Origin: Granulicella sp.
GTDB taxonomy: Bacteria; Acidobacteriota; Terriglobia; Terriglobales; Acidobacteriaceae
Assembly (NCBI GenBank): GCA_027339965.1
Contig: DAHWNL010000070.1
Span: forward strand, 1 to 64,000
Direction of reading: 5' to 3'
DNA: 64,000 nt
Below the pieces are notes generated by a model. The model made no database searches. It had not been told where the DNA came from and saw only the letters and a program-made list of their open reading frames with translations. Position numbers and translations under genes: made by a program. Shown in pieces: positions 60,429-64,000 of the stretch; position 1 is the stretch's first letter; each line of letters begins with the position of its first letter.

Positions 60429-61418
60429 GCGTTGCGGTCGATGGCGATACTCCGCGCGCTGGGCTTTCCATCTCTCGTTTCGCGCTGTCTTTCCCTGGCG
60501 TGCCGCCGCGGCCGCGTCATTGTTGGCGTTGTGTTTGTTGTTATAGATGGAGCGGCTAAGATTGTTTTGGCGCTGGTTAATCTGCTGACGCTGCTGTCCA
60601 GTCAAGTAGCCTCCATTCGCCCTGCGATCGAACTGCGCCTGGCGATTGATGCTTGACGCGCGATTCTCCAGATTTCGTGTTTCACCCGGGGTGAGCTGAC
60701 CGGATCGGACCCCTTGCGTGATGCGCTGCTGCTGGTTGCCTTGGCGGCTATTGACTTGATTTCCGTGGCCAAAGAAGTCGCGCGAGTTCTGGGTCGCACG
60801 ATTCATTCCGGCAACCTGCGCGGAGGTTGGAGGAAAGTGTCGCTCGTTCATCGCCATACGTTCCTGCGCTGTGGGGCGCGCAATCACCCCTCCAGGTCCG
60901 TTGAAGCTGGCATGATTGAAGTTCCGCTGAACAACCACGGTCCGATCGACATAGGTGTTGTGAATGACAGCGGTGTTTACATTCACGACGGCCGTGTTGT
61001 ATCGGAAGACTCCTCCCCGCCACATGCCGCCTACAAAGCCAACCCCGCCGTAGCCGAAGCCGTAGTTCACGCCGCCATAGAAGCCAACGTGCGGTCCCCA
61101 GTAGCCAACATGCCAGCTATACACGCCGCCGGCGAAGCCCCAGTACCCAGGCGTCCACAGGAGCCCAGGATGAGGGGGTGCGACCCAGACCCCTTGCACC
61201 CAATAGTACCCGGCGGGACCATAGGCCCAATAGCCAGGTGTCCACAAGTATCCGGGCGTGGGGCAAGGCGGCTGCACGTAGACGGGTAGCGGTGGTGGTG
61301 GAACATGCACCGAGACTCCTATGCCGATTCCGACGCCGATCTGCGCGAAGGAGGTTATCGGTGGGGCACACAAGAGTAAGGCGAGCAGGGACTTATGGAT
61401 GATACGCATCTTCTTCAT
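60426..61418 (-). CDS. Exported YXWGXW-repeat protein with Q/N/R-rich C-terminal domain
   Basis: Signal peptide ending SFAQ; GYLWTPGYW, YYWVQGVW, LWTPGYW, YSWHVGYW; GGAGA upstream of ATG 61418. Confidence 0.85.
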   Translation of the reverse strand: MKKMRIIHKSLLALLLCAPPITSFAQIGVGIGIGVSVHVPPPPLPVYVQPPCPTPGYLWTPGYWAYGPAGYYWVQGVWVAPPHPGLLWTPGYWGFAGGVYSWHVGYWGPHVGFYGGVNYGFGYGGVGFVGGMWRGGVFRYNTAVVNVNTAVIHNTYVDRTVVVQRNFNHASFNGPGGVIARPTAQERMAMNERHFPPTSAQVAGMNRATQNSRDFFGHGNQVNSRQGNQQQRITQGVRSGQLTPGETRNLENRASSINRQAQFDRRANGGYLTGQQRQQINQRQNNLSRSIYNNKHNANNDAAAAARQGKTARNERWKAQRAEYRHRPQR

Positions 61419-61428
61419 AAAAATCTCC

Positions 61429-61476
61429 GTTGCCGTGGTCATAGTTGCCATGGTCATAGTTGCCATGGTCATAGTT
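61429..61476. repeat. 15-bp tandem repeat GTTGCCATGGTCATA x3
   Basis: Units 61429-61443 (one substitution), 61444-61458, 61459-61473. Confidence 0.9.
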
Positions 61477-61609
61477 CTGAAGCCTCTTAAAGTCTTTTTT
61501 GCAAGGGTTTGTCCAATGCAAAGCTGCGGACAAACGACCGCTCGATCCGGGCAGGTCTTAAGCGGCCAATTTACGATCTGGCTTGCTGCTTGGGCTCTTC
61601 CATTAACTT

Positions 61610-62158
61610 CTAATTCATGAGAGAAGCGCCCATCTGTTGCTGTTGTCTCTGCTGTTGCATCTTTCGCTGGCGGGCGAGGCGCTCGCGGATGATCTGTTGG
61701 TATCGGGGTAGCTGTGGCCCGCTCAGCATCGTCTCAATCTCGCTGTCGCTATCACGAAAGACCTTCTCGACCTTCACCCTCTTTTGCCAGGGAACCAGAG
61801 CCGGATTGTGGCGGATGGCCGCAATCAGGCTCTGACGATTCGCCAGAATGGCTTCAATCTGGGATTGCTGTCCGGGCGTCAGTCCCAGCCTTCTGGTCAG
61901 CATGGCGGTCTGCCGCTCGGCCTGCCGCTGGGGAGGCGGAAGATTCTCTGGCTGCGCTGGCCCTGGCTGCCCGTATGCCGGCTGCGGTAGATTGGCTGCC
62001 GGCGCGGGAGCCGCGGGGGCTCCGGTCGGCGGAGTCTGGGAAGCTGCGCCGGGAGGGGGCGCCCCAGCCGCGGGTTGTTCCTGCGCGCGAAGAGCGCTGG
62101 CGGATAGCACGCAGATCAACGCCGCGCCAAGGGTTAGCGAGAGAGAAGACAGTCTCAT
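61610..62158 (-). CDS. Exported Pro/Gln-rich helical protein (Spy/CpxP-like LTxxQ motif)
   Basis: Signal peptide ...ALRAQ; LGLTPGQQSQI and MLSGPQLPRY; AGGAG SD. Confidence 0.65.
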   Translation of the reverse strand: MRLSSLSLTLGAALICVLSASALRAQEQPAAGAPPPGAASQTPPTGAPAAPAPAANLPQPAYGQPGPAQPENLPPPQRQAERQTAMLTRRLGLTPGQQSQIEAILANRQSLIAAIRHNPALVPWQKRVKVEKVFRDSDSEIETMLSGPQLPRYQQIIRERLARQRKMQQQRQQQQMGASLMN

Positions 62159-62596
62159 GAAGATGCTCCTGGTGATCGATTCGAGGTCTTCGGTCGTCTT
62201 TGAACCTTAGATTACCCTCGCAGATACAGACACTGAAGTCGCCGCCAAGTTTCGGTGGTTTCTTTTCCTGAACGATAGCAGGAACATGGCGCAACGCCAA
62301 AACCATTCCTGCAAAGAGCTCGAGGCCGGGGTTGCTCTCTGCGGTGAGACAGAAGGCATATCGAAGAGTTTCTTTTGCCCGTCAGCTTCGCTCTTCCGGC
62401 ACGGGTCATCCAGCCATGTCCCAGCCAAAATCCAAGTTGCGAAGGAATTCGTACGTTAGCGAAGCGTCATCCACAGGAGACGAAGGGAGAGACGAGAGAT
62501 GTCCCAACAACAGTCCGTCAGTCGGTCTCCAGCCGCGGCACAGCGAGCAGGCGTCATCCCAGCACCGCTCGGCTTTCCGCAATGGCATGCATCCCG

Positions 62597-63175
62597 CTAC
62601 TGTTTGTGCCAGGTTGCGTCTACATGGACCGGAATTTCATTCTTGATAGGCACGGTCAAAAACGATGGCCGCGTAATCTTGAAGTCGGAGCAGGTAGACG
62701 GAACCGTTCCCTGAATGCGCACTTGGTTGCCCTGCTGCGTGCGCTGGAAGGGGATGTTCGCGTACTGGGCAGTCTGGCCGGCAAACTGAACCTGGAGATT
62801 GGCGTGAATCCATGGCTGGTTTAGCTCTGACTCCGGAAACTGCGCGCGCACCACTACCATGGGAAAATCGGCTCCGCGCACCACTTCCATCATATGCAGG
62901 TCTCGATTGGAGTCACCCGACTCGAAGGTCTTCACCGGAACGGCGATCAGAAAGTTGCAGCTTCCGCTCTGGCAAATGCCCTTTCCCTTCGCCGCATGGC
63001 TGACGCCGTCTACCTCGTGCATGGGATGCGACATGTGGTAGCTCAGCGTGGACTGGTCCAGAATCCACTGAGAGCTGTCTTGGGCCAAGAGAGAGGGCGC
63101 AACCCAAACAACTGCGCTCAGGAGCATAATGGAAAAAACTCCTCTGGTCATTTCTTCTCCGAGTCTTCTCTTCAT
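62597..63175 (-). CDS. YceI-family periplasmic protein (alternative start 63151)
   Basis: Signal peptide; WILDQSTLSY..SH, FESGDSNRDLHM..V....FP. Confidence 0.75.
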   Translation of the reverse strand: MKRRLGEEMTRGVFSIMLLSAVVWVAPSLLAQDSSQWILDQSTLSYHMSHPMHEVDGVSHAAKGKGICQSGSCNFLIAVPVKTFESGDSNRDLHMMEVVRGADFPMVVVRAQFPESELNQPWIHANLQVQFAGQTAQYANIPFQRTQQGNQVRIQGTVPSTCSDFKITRPSFLTVPIKNEIPVHVDATWHKQ

Positions 63176-63195
63176 TTCTTCTCCCGGTCTTGTCG

Positions 63196-64000
63196 TTATT
63201 TCTTCTTCCAAAATCTGAGGTGGATTGGCCACGAAACGGCGATGATCGAGGCGGTATAGGCAATCACGGTGGTGTACGCCACGAATCCGTGAGCTGCGGC
63301 AATGCCATGCACCTTTTCGCCGGCCTGCTCCTGGCTGAATGCCATTGAGCCCAGGATCGGAGTGAGGATCATGCCGGGTCCGTGCACAAATGCCAATGCC
63401 TCATGCACGCGAATGGCCCCGCGTCTCTTCACCCCAGAGATTTTGGGGGCGAAGATGGCAAAAGAGGCCGTCGAGACATAAAGCGCGGCGGTCGTGCTGC
63501 CCAGGGCTGCATGGAGGTCAAGATTGGTTTGCGTGGGCTCGCTGATCAACCGCCCGTTCCTGCCTTTGGCCTTGGCCATAGGTCCGGTGACCAGATCCGC
63601 CGCCATCGGTAACAAGGTAATGACGCCGAGCTTTTGATGAATCTTCAGCATCTCTGTGCGCCGGTTCAGACGGGCCTGCAGTTGCGGGTTGCCCTGCATC
63701 TGCTGCGGGCTAAACCCGAGGTCTTGCAGGGATGGCTCTTGCAAAGAGGTTGATGGGGCGTTGGGCAACTCCCGACTTTTTGGGGGTGCAGTCAGCGTAA
63801 ACTGAAGCGCAGGCGCCTTGTTGGCAGTGACCGAAACTTTCTTCGTTTGGCTGTCAAATCCAGTCGCCGACACGTTCACATCGTAGGTTCCCGCAGCTAG
63901 CCGGAGGCTGAAGCTTCCAGAGGCATCGGTAACGGTCCGCGCAGACGGCCCGGATGTTACGCCTTTTACAGTTACCTGCGCGCCGGCCACGGGGCCGGCC
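63196..64000 (-). CDS. 5'-truncated protein: carboxypeptidase-regulatory-like beta-sandwich fused to a His-rich multi-TM domain
   Basis: VAGAQVTV...TDASGSFSL.LAAGTYDVNVSATGF; C-terminal hydrophobic segments with IHQKLG, LHAALG, VHEALAFVH, AAHGFV; frame runs off the window end. Confidence 0.7.
   Translation of the reverse strand, partial: AGPVAGAQVTVKGVTSGPSARTVTDASGSFSLRLAAGTYDVNVSATGFDSQTKKVSVTANKAPALQFTLTAPPKSRELPNAPSTSLQEPSLQDLGFSPQQMQGNPQLQARLNRRTEMLKIHQKLGVITLLPMAADLVTGPMAKAKGRNGRLISEPTQTNLDLHAALGSTTAALYVSTASFAIFAPKISGVKRRGAIRVHEALAFVHGPGMILTPILGSMAFSQEQAGEKVHGIAAAHGFVAYTTVIAYTASIIAVSWPIHLRFWKKK

Noticed and set aside
51453..64000. Intact integrative element or prophage at tRNA-Lys
   Set aside because: No integrase, phage genes or duplicated tRNA 3' end visible in the window

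Overview
GC-rich bacterial chromosomal window. Gene content and order suggest Acidobacteriota (Acidobacteriaceae-like); this is an inference, not a search result. Most of it is core genome: a Crp/Fnr regulator; nitroreductase-NUDIX-hydrolase; ubiX and purB; a Wza/Wzc/Wzi capsule locus with ugd and uxs; aceE followed by a degenerate E1-alpha-like gene; argJ; an M28 peptidase; mscL with a C-terminal zinc ribbon; a moaD-moaE fusion; a divergent hfq coupled to suhB; ferredoxin; recO-glyQ-glyS; a giant LptC/LptA-like gene followed by lptB-rpoN-hpf-rapZ, an MsbA-like ABC transporter, gmk, rpoZ and udg; and tRNA-Ala(CGC) and tRNA-Lys(CTT). After the tRNAs come an ArsR-headed six-gene 'hydrogenase-4-like' operon whose large subunit lacks both NiFe CxxC motifs (Ehr complex), a STAS protein, secreted repeat proteins and a YceI / His-rich membrane protein pair. 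Main observations from reading the DNA: (1) the Ehr operon with a Cys-less Rv0081-like regulator; (2) two copies of a 115-bp MITE-like element 58 kb apart, each starting at a gene's TAG stop; (3) ten genes with a -10 hexamer 6-7 nt before the start codon (apparent leaderless transcripts); (4) probable ATT and CTG start codons; (5) an E1-alpha pseudoenzyme beside aceE; (6) a 55-aa membrane protein missing from the ORF track. No CRISPR array, integrase or intact transposase was seen.
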